Source of the DNA: Lama glama
Lineage: Eukaryota
NCBI GenBank assembly: GCA_028534125.1
Contig: CM052816.1
Coordinates: forward strand, 88,724,001 to 88,788,000
Reading direction: 5' to 3'
Length of the DNA stretch: 64,000 nt
The notes under the pieces are model-generated. The model ran no database searches, had not been told where the DNA came from, and worked only from the letters and a program-made list of their open reading frames with translations. The translations under genes and the position numbers were made by a program. Below are positions 13,331 through 26,965 of the stretch, one piece after another; position 1 is the first letter of the stretch; each line of letters begins with the position of its first letter.

Positions 13331-13964
13331 TGTGATATGTAATTTAAATGTGTGGGCAAAATGTGAATACATGTGTGTGAAGGTCTTAAGTGACTGACTT
13401 ACTAAATACAGCCACTGGGAAGCAGTGTTAAAATGGATTGGTCAGTTAATTAAGTAGGATTTCTTGGAATCTGAAAGATGACACAGGCAATTCAAAATTC
13501 GTAATCTGTATTTATAAATAGAGTACTGGAGAAATAGAAATCATGCAAATTATAACCACCTTCGGTATTTAACAAATGCCATCATTTCAAAGTGCAAACC
13601 AGTAACTGACAACTTTCTATTAAATATTTAGACTTGTAAATCTGGAGCTGCCAGATGAATCTCTTTGAACAAGAAAGTAAATCTAAAGCTGAATAACTGC
13701 TCTCAAAAAGAGAGCTCATATGCCTACCTTTTTTTTCCTACAATTTGTACTTCACAAATACGAACTTGACAAGTGTCTAAAGAAAACTGTCTTTAGACAT
13801 TTTAAAAACTCTGTTAGGCTCAATTACAAGTTTCTCTTTATTAGGTCCTGCTTATCTATACCACAGCTTTTTTGTTCATTTTAATGTTGAAAATTTCCAA
13901 TACCTTCCATTAAGTTTATGAAGATGATAGATTTTTATTTTTTTTCAAATTATGAGTAAGATGG

Positions 13965-16900
13965 GTGGATGACATTTTTAATTGTGTTGTTTATTTTCTT
14001 GATGATGGATTTTCTTTGAATATTTTGGATACACATCCTTTATCAGATGTGTGTTTTGCAAATGTTTTCTCAGTCTGTGGCTAGGAACTTCATTCTCTTC
14101 ATGTCTTTCATAGACTAGAGCGTTTAATGTTAATAAAGTCCAACTCACTACTTTTTTCTTTCATGGATCATGCTTTTGAGGTTGAATCTAAAACTCATTA
14201 ATAGACCAAAGTTCAGACAGATTTACTTTCATAAGTTTTATAGTTTTTCATCTTACATTTACCTTTATGTTTCATTTTTAGTTAAATTGTGTTTAAGCTG
14301 TAAGGTCTGTGTTATTTTCATATGTTTACATATGGACATTCAGTTGTTCTGACATATTTGTTTAAAAGACTGTCCTTTCTCTGTTGAATTGCCTTTGCAC
14401 CTTTGTTAACAATCAATTGACTGTACTTGTAAGTGTAGATCTACAGCTTGTCTCTATTCCATTCTGTTGAACTATGGACCTATTGTTTAACCAATACCAC
14501 ATTGCTTTTATTATGATAGTAGTACAGTTTTCAAAAAGGGGTAATGCGAGTCCTCCAGCATCTTTTCTGCAGTACTCTGAAGGCTTTTCTACATCTTTGG
14601 CCTTTCCATATGCATTTGAGAATCAGCTTATTGATATATACAATACAGCTTGCTAAGATTTTGACTAGGATTGTGTTGAATCTTCCAGACTGAGTCTAGA
14701 AGAATTGAAATCTTAACAATATTGATTTTTCCTATCCATAGATGTGAAAAATTTCCATTTATTGATTTCCTTTGTCAATGCCTTGTAGTTGTCTGTATAA
14801 AAATTCTGTACATGTTTTGTTATATTCATATCAAAGTATTGTTTTGATATTATTGTATAAAGGGGCTTTTTAAAATTTTCAAATTCCTGTTGTTTGCTGC
14901 TGGTAGGTAGGAAAACAATCATCATTTGCGTATTAACCGTGCATATGGGACATTGTTGTGCTCCCTTCTGATTTCCAGAAGTTTGTTTGTCGATTCTTTG
15001 ACTTTCTCCAGTGACAATCATGCCATCTGCTGATAAAGACAATATCATTCCTTCCTCTCCAATCAGTATTTTTTTTTAATGTTTTCCTTGTCTTACTGCA
15101 CTGGCAAGGACTTCCGGCACAGTGCTGAGTACCTGTGTTAAGAGAAGTTGCCTTTGCGTTGTTCTAGACCTTAGGGAGAAAAATATCCAGCTCTTCAATG
15201 TTAAATATAATGTTAGCTAGAGGCCTTCTGTGGATAATCTTTATAAATTGGAGGAAGTTTTACACTTCTGAATTTCCTGAGAGCTTTTATCATGAGTAAG
15301 TGTTAGGTTTTGTCAGGTGATTTTTCTATATCTCTTGATATGGTCATGTGGTTTTATTCTTTAGCTTGCTGATAAAATGGATTACATTGACTGGACTTTT
15401 AAATATTGAACCAATTGTATACCTGGAATAAATTCCACTTGGTTGTAAAGTATAATTCTTTCAATTCATTGTTGAATTCAATTTCCTAATAGTTTGCTTA
15501 GGATTTTTGTGTCTATGTACATAGAAAGTATATTTAATTATCCTTTTTTGTTACGGCTTTATGTGGTTTTGATATTAAAGTAATGCGGGCCTCATTAAAT
15601 GATTTAAAAAGTGTTTCTTCTATTTTTATTTTCTAGAGAAGTCTATGAAAAATTTGTACTTTTTTCTTTGAATGTTTGGTAGAATTTACTAATAAAACCG
15701 TATGTGTTCTGGTATTAGCTTTTTGAAAAGGTCATTAATTATTGATTCATTTCCTTTAAAAGATATAAGGATATTTAAATTATTCATTTCTCCTGATATG
15801 GGTTTTGGTAATTTGCAACTTTCAAGAAATTGGTTCACTTCATGTAAATGATCATATTTATGGATGTAGAGTAGTTCTTTTATTATCTTTCTATTGTCCA
15901 TTTGATTGGTAGTCGTAATCTCTCTTTTATTTCTGATATTGGTAATTTGTATATTCTCCTTACCCCTCCCTCCCCTCCCTTGATTAGTGTTTCAGGAGGT
16001 TTTGTTAAAGAAAAATCTTATTTTTTTAGAGAAACATGTATTTGTTTTGTTGATTTTTTTGGTTTTTTAAATTTTATTAATGTTTCCTCTATTGCAATTT
16101 TTTTAATTCTTTTTATTTAATTATTTTATTTCTTAATTCTTCTGATTTCATTAGGTTTAAATTGATCTTCTTTCCCTGGGTTTCTAAAATGGAAGCTTGT
16201 TGATTGAGGATCTTCCTTCTTTTATAATATATTTTTGTAATGCTATAAATTTTCCTGTAAGCACTGCTTTCACTATATCTCACTAATTTTGTAACATTGT
16301 AGTTTTACTTTAATTTACCTAGAAAATTTTTTTTTCTTCTAAGACTACTTCTTTGACCCCTATGTTACTTAATCAGGAATTTTTTAATCCTGGGAGATTT
16401 TTTTTAATTATTGGGAGATTTTCCAGCTATCTTTATGTTACTAATTTCTAACTTATGTCCTAATTTCTAGTTTATGTCCTGAGAAAATACTTTGTATGAT
16501 TTCTAGTCTTCTAACTTTGTTAAGGCAGGTTTTATGGCCCTAAATGTAGTCTATCTTAGTGAATATTCCATGTTAGTTTGAGAACATGTATTCTGCAGTT
16601 GTGGAATGAAATATCCTATAAATGTCAATTAAATCCAGTTGATTTATGGTACTTTTCTGTTTCAAAGGTAACACATATCTGTTCAAATATATAGGAATGT
16701 ATTGAATTCCCATCTAATAATGATAGTGGATTTGTCTGTTTCTCTGTAGTTCTATCAGTTTTTGCTTTCTGTATTTTGATGCTCTGTGTTTAGGTGCATA
16801 CAGATATTTCTTCTTGGAGATCTAACATCTTTGTCATTATGCAATTCCCCCTCTCTTTCTCTAATACATTTTCTTATTCTATAATATATTTTGTTTGAAA

Positions 16901-17185
16901 TTAACACAGCAACTCCAATTTTCTTTTGCTTAGTATTACCATGATATACCTCCTCCAACTCTTTACTTTTAGACTATCTTTGTCATTATATTTAAAGTGG
17001 GAATCTTTTAGACGATGTATTTCTGGTTCTTGTTTCTCTTTCGACTCTATTAAGCTCTGTATTTTAACTGATATGTTTAGACCATTTATATTTAAAGTAA
17101 TCATTGATATAATTGTTTTAATATGTACCAAGTTTATAGTTGTTTTTTATTCATTGCATTAATTCTTTGCTATTCTTTGTACACT
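13965..17185 (-). mobile_element. Old L1 (L1M-type) fragment covering a decayed ORF2 (endonuclease and reverse transcriptase), non-coding
   Basis: Minus-strand ORF pieces: ITLNINGLN...LKDSHFKYND and KKIGVAVLISNKI (APE endonuclease), HLHEVNQFLESCKLPK, LSLSADGMIV (RT FADD motif mutated), YTDNYKALTKEINKW. Many stops and frameshifts. Confidence 0.95.
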
Positions 17186-18203
17186 CCCCCACCAAGCAAT
17201 TAAGAATATTATTTTTGTTTGGTTAATGGGTCAATCACAGGAACTGTTTAGGAACAAAGAGCTTGGTTTTTCTGCAGATGACAAGAGCGAGAGAAAACTT
17301 ACTTCAGAGGTAGATAACAGAATGGGTTAAAGAACCTAGAATTTTAGAGGTAGCACACTATTAATGCAAAATCCTATTTTGTTGAATTGTTTTGATGTGT
17401 ATATCTTCATTTTTGCATATTTACTTAAATTCACTGTAGGTAGAACAAAACAATTAGCTTAAATTATTATAAAAATATTTTATACTCATGGGTTGCATTG
17501 CAATTATTTTAGTCATACAAATCATGACTGAGCTTCCATACCCTTTTTTTTTGCCAGCTAAACCTGTATACAAATATTAGACAGTATGAAACTGATTTTT
17601 AAATGTACTGGTGGTTGTAATATTTGTCACAAGCAAAGCCAAGGGCTTTGGTAAAGAACCTAGGAGATTCTTGATTATGTGAACCTAAGGAAAAGAAAAC
17701 ATTTTTAGTAATAATACTTTTCCTCAGCCAAGTTACTGCAATTAGAATATGGTGAAAAAATAAACATATCCCACAAGAATGTCTATACTATTGAAATTTT
17801 GTATCAAAATACATCATATACCTGCGATTCTATGACTTCTAAATGCTTCACATTTATTTATTGAAACACGTGTTATTACTATGAAATTGCTATTTACGTG
17901 AAGTTTGAAAAGATAGTGGGGTTTTAGCAAAAGTGAATATGCAATATGTAAATAAGATGATTATGAACATGCAATTTATTTCATCATGGATAATAATTTA
18001 TGATGATAATATTAACAGCTTTAATAAATTAAATGATTAGAACCACATTCAATATTCAGGATCTTTTTCTAAACATGCCACTATAAATAAATTTGCATCA
18101 AAACTCAAAAGAGCAGTTTTTCAAAATCTAATTAGATAAAAATATGCAACGTACTGATATATATTAAACAATGGCTTGTATATTTGAGAATCACTATAAT
18201 CAT

Positions 18204-18651
18204 TGTTAAACGATAAACTGTGTCCCCCAGAAAGATTTTGCAGCGCTAACTCCCTCTATCTTAGAATGTGACCTTATTTGGAATTAGGGTCACTGCAGAT
18301 ATAATTAATTAAGTTAAGGTGACATACTGGAGTAGAGTTGCTCCCTAGTCCCATATAACTTGTATTCCCTTAAGAAGACAGTCACGTAAAGTGGAGACAC
18401 ACAAGAAAATGCCATGTGATGGCAGGGGCATAGACTGAAGTGAAGCAGCTGCAAGACAAAGGACACCAGAGGAAGACAGCTACCCCAGCTAGAAAGAGGC
18501 AAGAAAGGATCTCTCTACAGGTTTCAGGGGAAGTATGACTCTGCTTAATTTTGAACTTACAGCCTTCAGAAATCTGAGATAATATGTTTCCACTATTTTA
18601 AGCAACCTGGTTTGTGGCATTTTGTTTGGACAACCTTAGGAAACTAGTATA
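18204..18651 (+). mobile_element. MaLR solo LTR, MLT1C-like
   Basis: TGTGTCCCCCA...AGAATGTGACCTTATTTGGAA.TAGGGTC...CTAGAAAGAGGCAAG...TTTTAAGC.ACC..GTTTGTGG...GGAAACTAGTATA. Near-perfect 5-bp TSD ATCAT/ATCAC. Confidence 0.9.
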
Positions 18652-18809
18652 ATCACCAGGAATATTTGGATATCAATTGTTAGAGTAATAAATGGGTGCC
18701 TTGATAATTCAGATATACTTACCATATTGAGTTTTGGATACATTGTACCAATGCTATTACACTTAAGTATTTGAACTTTGGAGATGTTAAGAATGGAAGA
18801 AATAATATT

Positions 18810-20270
18810 GTAGTCATTCCAGGAGTATTTATCAAGTGTCTTCTTCATGCCAAGCCTGTTCTAAGAGCTTAGATACAGAGGTGAACAATATTTACAATGT
18901 TTCTCCTGTGATGGGAGAATCTGGAAAGACTAACAATAAACAAACATAAAATAAACAGTAACAACAACAAAAACAAATAACTTATTAACTGGTAATAAGT
19001 GCTGTGGAGTTAAATAAATCATGGGAAAGTCATCAAGGGAGTTCAGGGGGTGGAAAAGCATTGCTATTTTATTTAGAGTAGTAAGAAAAGGCCTCTTTGT
19101 AGCAGTGCAATTGAGCAGGAAGTGAGAGAAGCAATCACACATCAATCTCAAAAAGAACTGTAGGAAGAAAGAACAGAAAATGTCTCAAGTTTGGAGAGGG
19201 TGAGTGTGGCTGAAGCGGAGTGAGGGATAGAATGCTGGGAGGCGGGACCCCTGGGTGATGATAAAGAGCCTTCATCATTTGGGGCCTTAGCCACAGTAAG
19301 AACTTTAGCTTACTTTGGTTTAGATGAGAAGCAATTGGTGGGTTTTGAAAACCGTGGTATAACATTCTTTGTGTTTTAAAAGTATCACTTTCTTCACCAT
19401 GCAGAGAATACAAGACACAAGAGAAGTAGGAAGAATTTTTAAGGGCTATTGCAAAATGTCTTGTGTGTAGGCTGGATAATACAGCCCCAAATATTCACGT
19501 CCTAATGCATGAAACCTGTGAATATTACCCTCTGCAGCAAAAGGGAGGGACTTTGTAGATATGATGAAGTTAAGGATGTCGAGATACGGAGGTGATCATG
19601 GATTATCTGGGTGGGACCTACGTAATCGCAAGGATCCTTCTAACAAGGGAAGCATCATGAGGTTCAATTCAAGGAGAGGATACGTGACAGTGGAAACAGA
19701 TGTTGGAGTGATTTGCTTAAAGATGGTGAAAGGGTCCATGAACCCTTTCTGGTTGCATCCAGAAACCAGAAATGGTAAGAAAATAGATTTCCCCCCTTAG
19801 AGCCTCCAGAGAGAGCATGGCCCTGCCAGCATATTAGTTGTAGCCTAATGGAATTCGTTTCAGACTTCTGATCCCCAGAACTATAACACATATGTGTTAT
19901 TTAAGTCACAAAACTTACGGCAATTTATTACAGTACCAATAAGAAACTGTTTTGCCATGTGAAATACAAAAGTACACTCAGCTAGAATGGTCCAATTCTG
20001 ATTACCTTTTGAAGATAATAGTAGAAAGACGGGCTAATGGTTTAGAAGAGTGTTGGGAGAGAGGAGTCAAGAATACCATCAATATTTTAGCTTAAGCAAG
20101 TTAGAATTTTCAGAAACTGTTAAGGTTGCCAAAGAAAAAAAAAAAAAGCCTCCTGAGCAGGAATGAAAATCAGGAGTTCAGTTTTGGATATCTCAAGTTT
20201 GAAATGTCTATTAGACACTGGAGTGGAGATGTATGATAGAAAGCTGAATATGTAAGACTCAGAGTTAGGA
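18810..20270 (-). mobile_element. L2a-like LINE fragment interrupted by an MLT1D LTR
   Basis: GTATTTATCAAGTG...ATGCCAAGC; GGTAATAAGTGCTGTGGAG; AGGCCTCTTTG; GGAGTTCAGTTTTGGATAT...GTTTGAAATGTCTATTAGACA. Continues on both sides of the LTR. Confidence 0.85.
19462..19952 (+). mobile_element. MaLR solo LTR, MLT1D-like
   Basis: CACGTCCTAAT...AACCTGTGAATATTACC...GGGACTTTGTAGAT.TGA.GAAGTTAAGGAT...GGATTATCTGGGTGGG...TAGAGCCTCCAGA...CAGACTTCTGA.CCCCAGAACT. Confidence 0.9.
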
Positions 20271-20323
20271 TGGACATTAAATTAAATTAAATCATACATT
20301 TTAAAGCAGTCATTGTGTCAAAC

Positions 20324-20432
20324 ATCTTCATACATGAATACATGCACACATGTATTATCTTCATACATGAATACATGCATATGTATATAATCTCTATACA
20401 TAAATGCATGCATATATATATATATATATATA
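20324..20432. repeat. About 33-bp tandem repeat (2 good copies, 1 degenerate) running into a (TA)n microsatellite
   Basis: ATCTTCATACATGAATACATGCA at 20324 and 20357; ATCTCTATACATAAATGCATGCA at 20390; (TA)n to about 20432. Confidence 0.9.
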
Positions 20433-20641
20433 AAATCCAATTTAGATTGATTTAATTCTCACAAGGCCCTAGTTAGCTCATTTTTTTATTGCTTGCTTCC
20501 TTTTTTTTATGACTCTGTGTCAAGACTTAGAGATTTTAAAATCTAATAAAAACTCTACTTGCTGCAAAGCTTATATGTTGACTCTTTATGTTTTACTGCC
20601 CCATGATTTACAGGGCGATTTTATTTTCCTCAAACACACTT

Positions 20642-21224
20642 GTGAAGATGAAGGAGGTTTTATAGTTCAACGGATTTGAGGGCTGATCAAGCAAAAAGAT
20701 GTGAACAAAAGAGGCATTATCATACAAAAAGGTTTTTTGGGAGATATTTGAACAGGCTTTCACGGCAGAAGAAATTTCTCACAGTTGGAGATTATCCAGA
20801 GGCTGGGGTGCGCGTGGGCAGGGGGCATCACCCAGAAGGAAAAGAGGGTAAAAGAACTCTGGGGAAGTGCGGACCCAGAAAGTGGGCTTAAATGTGTAGG
20901 TGATGTGCTCAGCATAATGCCAGGGAGTCTTTGTGTCCGAGAGCTCAAAAAGGCAGTCCCAAGTTAGGATCTTATATAACTGCAAGACTCTATCCTATCA
21001 ATAGCCTGTAGATACTGGGTAAGGTTTCACGAGGTACGCAACATAGGCAGGCTCTAAATGGCTAAAAATTTGCTTGTTTGGATTGTTTTGGAAATATGTG
21101 CGCATGAAAAGAAATTTAGCTTGGCACCAGTGGGCTTTTGAGCAAATGAGTCTAACCCTGCAGTGAAGAAATAAACAACCTGGTGACCAAACATAGAGGC
21201 CATCTTTGGTTCATTTACATAACA
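20642..21224. mobile_element. ERVL solo LTR, MER76-like
   Basis: Starts TGTGAAGATGAAGGAGGTT..CGGATTTGAGGGCTGATCAAGC and ends CATCTTTGGTTCATTTACATAACA, matching recalled MER76 termini. Confidence 0.65.
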
Positions 21225-21757
21225 GAAGAGAATATCATTTTATAAGTATTTTTGAAATCTGAAGATGTGTTTTAAATGTAGATTAATCGATAGGAAAGTA
21301 AAGCAAGAAATTAGAGTTGTGACAGTAATATAGGAAATGCCTTAGAGAAATCCAAGCAATATTTTTGAATACTTTAGTAAAATTTTTATTTTTCTATGAA
21401 TATTATTTAATACTGTGATTTATAAAGTCACCTTCCCTTCTCACACTTCAACATAGATCTGAGCCCGTAATATATCAGCCATCTAGTTAATGAATAATGC
21501 TCAAAATACTAATTATATTGTGAGCATGCATTAATGAGTAGAATAAAATTATAATAGGGTCCAGTTTTCCCTTTTGCTTTCATTCATATTAAAATGAGCA
21601 CTGTAAAATCAGGTAATATCTTTAAAACTGCAATGGTTGAATGAAAGTATTCAAATACAGTAATATTCACACACGATATGTAATTGAGACAAAAAAGAAA
21701 GTGCAATAGAGTGTCCCTGGAATATTTTACTGATGCAAACAATGGTCTAATGTATTA

Positions 21758-22257
21758 NNNNNNNNNNNNNNNNNNNNNNNNNNNNNNNNNNNNNNNNNNN
21801 NNNNNNNNNNNNNNNNNNNNNNNNNNNNNNNNNNNNNNNNNNNNNNNNNNNNNNNNNNNNNNNNNNNNNNNNNNNNNNNNNNNNNNNNNNNNNNNNNNNN
21901 NNNNNNNNNNNNNNNNNNNNNNNNNNNNNNNNNNNNNNNNNNNNNNNNNNNNNNNNNNNNNNNNNNNNNNNNNNNNNNNNNNNNNNNNNNNNNNNNNNNN
22001 NNNNNNNNNNNNNNNNNNNNNNNNNNNNNNNNNNNNNNNNNNNNNNNNNNNNNNNNNNNNNNNNNNNNNNNNNNNNNNNNNNNNNNNNNNNNNNNNNNNN
22101 NNNNNNNNNNNNNNNNNNNNNNNNNNNNNNNNNNNNNNNNNNNNNNNNNNNNNNNNNNNNNNNNNNNNNNNNNNNNNNNNNNNNNNNNNNNNNNNNNNNN
22201 NNNNNNNNNNNNNNNNNNNNNNNNNNNNNNNNNNNNNNNNNNNNNNNNNNNNNNNNN
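21758..22257. other. Assembly gap (500 N)
   Basis: Run of exactly 500 N. Confidence 1.
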
Positions 22258-22420
22258 GACCATAACACCTCTCTAAACCTTAGTTTTTATTATCTGAAAA
22301 ATGATAATCATATTAGTAATTTATATGACATTACTGTAAGAATTAAATGAGATATTGTATATAAATCACTTAAGAATGACAGACACATACAAACTATTGA
22401 ATAAAAATAAATTTTTGCTG
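22258..22420 (+). mobile_element. MIR SINE (3' part, cut by the gap)
   Basis: ACCTCTCTAAACCTTAGTTTTTATTATCTGAAAAATG...GTAAGAATTAAATGAGATA.TGTATATAAATCACTTA. Confidence 0.75.
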
Positions 22421-22764
22421 GTTTCATAATAAGTATTATTAATATCATCCTTATAATTTTTTCTGAGTTTATTTTGTTTGTGTTATATTTTATATTAATA
22501 GTATCCTTTTCCATGTAATCCTTACATTTCTCCATACCTGAGCTAATTGCAAGGCATAAAGTCATTCTCACTTTGTTATTTTGAGAAATAAAAGAAATGA
22601 GAACATCATCCCACTGTCAATATAAAAATTGAAGGAATATTTTGTTATGCAAATATATGTCGTGCAGTTTTGGATTCTGCCTTTCAGAGTACCACATTGA
22701 AACTTGAACTATATTTTCATAGTAAATAACCATATTATATGCATATGGAAAAGGTGAATGTTGT

Positions 22765-23165
22765 TATGTAAATCAGGATAGGAGAGGTTATTTTATACTA
22801 GTAAACAATGTTTGAGTAATATAATGTCTTAACATGACAAAAGTTTATTTATTGATCATTTTCAGTTGGATAGATGGGCTGTTAATTCTCCTCATTGTAG
22901 TAATTTAGGGATCTGGGTTCATATAGCCACCACATCCCACATTCTGCCAGATATCATGGTATAAGGAAAGAAAGCTCTGGAAACTTTGATTCATTAGTAA
23001 AGGCTCTGTCCTGTAAATGAGATGTTCTAGTCACTTATAACTTTTAAATCAGAATTAATCATTTGGCTCCAATTGCATGGGAGCTAGGAGGTATAATTCT
23101 ATTATATGTTCAGAAATCAGAAAGCTGGTATTTGAATATTTAAAGAACATTAATTGCTTTCATAA
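22765..23165 (-). mobile_element. Old MaLR LTR (MLT1K/L-like)
   Basis: TCAGGATAGGAGAGGTTAT...CTTAACATGACAAAAGTTTATTT...GGGAGCTAGGAGGTATAATTCTA. Confidence 0.55.
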
Positions 23166-24860
23166 TTATATTCCCTCCATGCTTCAAAATCCAATTTATG
23201 CATTTTGATATTGTTTTTAAAACTATAGGACATATACTCAGGGTAAATCATGCACACACACAGACACACACACACACATGATAAAATACACCACTGTATA
23301 AGCATTAATGAATATCAAAGTTATAGTATCACTACAGAAATATCATCCCTAATAGTTATTCTTTATATAAAATAAATGTAATCTGTTATGATATATTATT
23401 TTTCATCAAAACACAAATTGTTCTTGAATCAAGAAAGCGTAAACCTTATTTGATGACACTTAATAAAGCATCTCTTTATGAATTATCTGTTGCCAAAAGG
23501 AGCCTTTATAATATAAGTACATAAATTTGTAGCACTCCAACAGATTGTTAAACAATGATGGATGTTGTTAGAACTAAACCAATATTAGCAAATAAGATTA
23601 TTGACTTAAACTATTGTAACATTAATAATATGAATAGAACTGGTTGAAAGAAATACACGTGTAGCTTTGCAACAAACATTACTATAATTGAAATAGGAAT
23701 ATTAAATTAAACATAGCCATCACTTTCATATAAGAAAAGCATATTTTAAAAATTATAATGTGTTTTTCTTTTGAGTCAGAGGTTATAATCATGATCAATC
23801 CTGAAAAATTAATCAAGCTGGATAATTAATCAATATTGTGTTTGCCAAGTAGTTATAGTTCTACTAGAATAGATTCTCTATTCTATGGTGCAGTAATATC
23901 AACAACAAGGTAGAAACTATGAAGAAATAAAAACAGATAAGGATTCTACATATAAAATTTACAATATGTAAAATGTTAAGAATACCTAAAGAGATGTTTA
24001 TATGAATTTTTATATTTTGCTCATTTTTGTTCTCAAATTTCAAAAAAAATTAGCATATATGTTATAAAATAGTGAAAGCATGTGAAAGGTTACATATTCC
24101 TCCAGGGTAAAAAAGAGTACATTGCTTTATAAGATGCAGAATGCTAGATTTCCCTCAGTGATAAACTCAGAAGTAAAAGAGAGTATGTGACTAAATGAAT
24201 TGTTATTTTTGTTAAGTAATGACTAAATATTGTTTCTGTGCTTCTCTTAAATGATAATTAAAATTATTTGCATCTCTGTATTAAAGAGCTGCATTATGAC
24301 AGCTTGGACAAATTTGTTAATGTAGCTATTAAACAGTTTTTAAAATCTAATTTAAATTACTATTCTTCATTGTTCAGAATTGTCAGTCAATTGCCATATC
24401 TATACAGGAGGTTGAGTGGGAGAAACATGACTGAAATCAGGAAACTTGTTCCTCATTTTTATCTTTCTCATATATTAAAATAGCTTTGCTAATGTGTGAA
24501 TAATATGATTCAAAGAGAAAAATAGAAAAGGACCATGAATACAATGTTGACATGGCCTAAAATATTCTTAAATAAAATGTGTGTGTGTCCATTTGTGAGC
24601 TGTATTTAGACTTTTTACTGGACATATATTTGGGGTACTTGTGTAATTACTTTGATGTCTTCCATTTATCTCTAATTTATTAGTCTTCGACTGTCCAGGC
24701 AAAGTGTCCTCATAACTTCTGGTCTCAGAAGAAATGCCCCCACTTCATGCCATTGCCTTCCTGAGCAGCCTCCATGGGGGCCGTTAATAGAGCCCAGAAA
24801 AGTAAGGGATTTGGCCACCTTTGTAGAGAACTCTGGTAGATGAAAACGTGAGAAATAAGG

Positions 24861-25313
24861 CATACTCATTTCATAGTTGCTGCTGTAACAAAGTACCATT
24901 CATTGGGTGGCTTAAACAGAAATTTATTTTCTTACAGTTCTGGAGACAGCAAGTCCTAAATCAAGGTGCCTCCAGGGTCAGCTCCCACTGAGGTCTGTGA
25001 GAGAAGGATCTGTGCCACGCCTCCCTTCTAGCTTCTGGTGAATTACCCCAAAATTACCCCCAGTCTCTGGTGTTCTTTACTTGTGACACTGTTATTCCAG
25101 TCGCCATCTGGTATTCCCCCTGTGACTCTGTCTCTGTGCCCCAATTTCCCCTTTTTGTTAGGCCACCAAACATACTGGTTTAGTCCTGGCGCTAATGACG
25201 TTGTCTTAAGTTGTTCATCTACAAAGACCCTCTTTCCAAATAAAGTCAAATTCAGAAGTACTGAGGGTTGGGACTTCAATATCTTTTAGAGGTATACAAT
25301 TCAACCTATAACA
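24861..25313 (-). mobile_element. MaLR solo LTR, MLT1C-like
   Basis: GCTGCTGTAACAAAGTACCA...GGTGGCTTAAAC...ACAGTTCTGGAG...AAAGACCCTCTTTCCAAATAAAGTCA...ACAATTCAACCTATAACA. Confidence 0.9.
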
Positions 25314-25399
25314 CAGAAAATCTGAGAACAAATCAGGATTGTTTTGAGATGAAATTTCTTCTTTCAAACTCTAGACAGAACAACTATGTTTTACTAATT

Positions 25400-25495
25400 G
25401 TAATTTTTATATATTATAATATTTTGACATATTGGGGGTGACTAGCTGGCAGCAGAAAGATTGCCCCTCCAGAGCTAGGTAATTCCTAGATGTAG
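25400..25495 (+). mobile_element. 5' fragment of a MER74-like ERVL LTR, truncated by the next LTR
   Basis: TTTTGACAT...GCTGGC...AGATTGCCCCTCC.GAGCTAG..AATTCCTAGA resembles the recalled MER74 start. Confidence 0.5.
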
Positions 25496-25855
25496 TACTG
25501 ACCTTAAACAAGTAGACTGACAGTTATTTCTCCAGCAAAAAAAAAAAAAAAAGGGTTTATTTAGGATCAGCAAAGAATAGCAATTCAGGGTCTGCAACCA
25601 TAGCAAGCCATGTGCAAGTCCTCTGAGACAAGGCAAAAATAACTTTTTTAAAGAAGGGAAAAAGAAGCCAGTTGGGCTATAGTAAAGAAAGAGTCCATTC
25701 GAGTAACTGAGAGTTTAAAGTTAAAGGCTTTTCATTGGCTGAGTTGTAATAGTCTCTCACTGACTGAGCTTTTGCAAAGCAAGAAGTCTTTCTTCCTATT
25801 GGGCTCCGCTATTATTGTAGGATGTGAGAGCTCCCTCTTCTGGCCTCCTGACTCT
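25496..25855 (-). mobile_element. ERV LTR, copy A (same family as 34531-34950)
   Basis: Aligns by eye with 34531-34902 (CAGTTATTT..GCAAAAAAA..GTTTATT..GGATCA.CAAAGAAT.GCAATTCAGGGTCTG.AACCAT.GCAAGCCA). Reverse AATAAA near the left end. Confidence 0.8.
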
Positions 25856-26079
25856 GAGTTCTTTCCGTCTTCTTGGGAAGCACATAGTGTTTCCTTACTT
25901 CACACCTTTCCATGCCTCATGGCTTCTTCTTTCATCACCATCTCTACTCTAGTAGGGAGTTCGCACCTCTGAGATCTAATATCTTCATATTTGCCTTATC
26001 TCAAGCTTTGCTTTCTAGAGGACAGAGCTAATATTTGTTTGGAATCAGCAATGTACAAAATAAAGAACGAAAGGTGAGA

Positions 26080-26965
26080 TAAGGCTTAAAACCCTAGATA
26101 TTAAAATCTATTAAAAAGTTCTAATTATTACAGTAGTAAGATACAGAGCTATGGACCATGAATAAAAAGACAAGTCAATGTGAACTGGAAAGTTCAGAAA
26201 TGCTCAACTACATGTATGTGATTAACAAATAAATAAAGTGCTGTATCAAAGCAGTAGAATGAATTGCTCAATTGGATATTGAGGGCAATTAATTAATCAT
26301 TAGGGGAAAAAATACCCTGAGACAAAAACAAAACTACACAATAAATTATGAGACATGTTCAATCTAGTTAGTAGCCAATAAACCAAATAACCAAATATGG
26401 TCACATTTGTCATGTATTCAACTGAAAACATTAAATAATATTCTGTAAATTGTAGAATTTGTAACAAATGTAATAGTCTATTCTGGATGTAAATACGGTA
26501 ATACTTACCAAAAACTTTAAAATAGATCATAATCTTTGAATCAATAATTCATTTTCAAAAAGAAGCCATTTTAAGATAGACTCAGGCATTTATGTGAAAA
26601 AGTATATTCAACAATGCTTATAAGAGAATTTATAAAATGAGATTCTATAAATTATGACCCATTCATATATTAAACACTCAATAAAATTATGCAGATAAAA
26701 ATGTGGGTAGATATGAAAAGGTATTCGTGATATATCATCACATGCATGAGAAAAGTAAATTATGATAGTAAGTTTCTCATTTTGAGTAGAAATGCAGAAT
26801 TATGGTACATACAGATAAATTATATTTGAATATAAAAAACAAAAGATACAGAGAAAAATTCTAATAGATATTTTTAGTATTGATTATTAGTGATTTCTAT
26901 CTCTTCTTCATGCCAATGTGCATTTCTAAACTTTATATAATAAACATGCATTTTCCATGAATATA
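26080..26965 (+). mobile_element. Very old L1 (L1ME-type) ORF2 C-terminal and 3' UTR remnant
   Basis: Degenerate L1 motifs GACAAGTCAATG.GAAC...GAAAGTTCAGAAAT and TCATAATCTTTGAATCAATAATTC, with A-rich + strand bias. Confidence 0.5.

Noticed and set aside
14713..17131. Minus-strand ORFs with endonuclease and RT motifs as a functional CDS
   Set aside because: Fragments of one decayed L1 ORF2 with many stops and frameshifts; the catalytic FADD motif reads SADG.
21684..22268. 173-193 aa ORFs
   Set aside because: Artefacts of translating through the 500-N gap.
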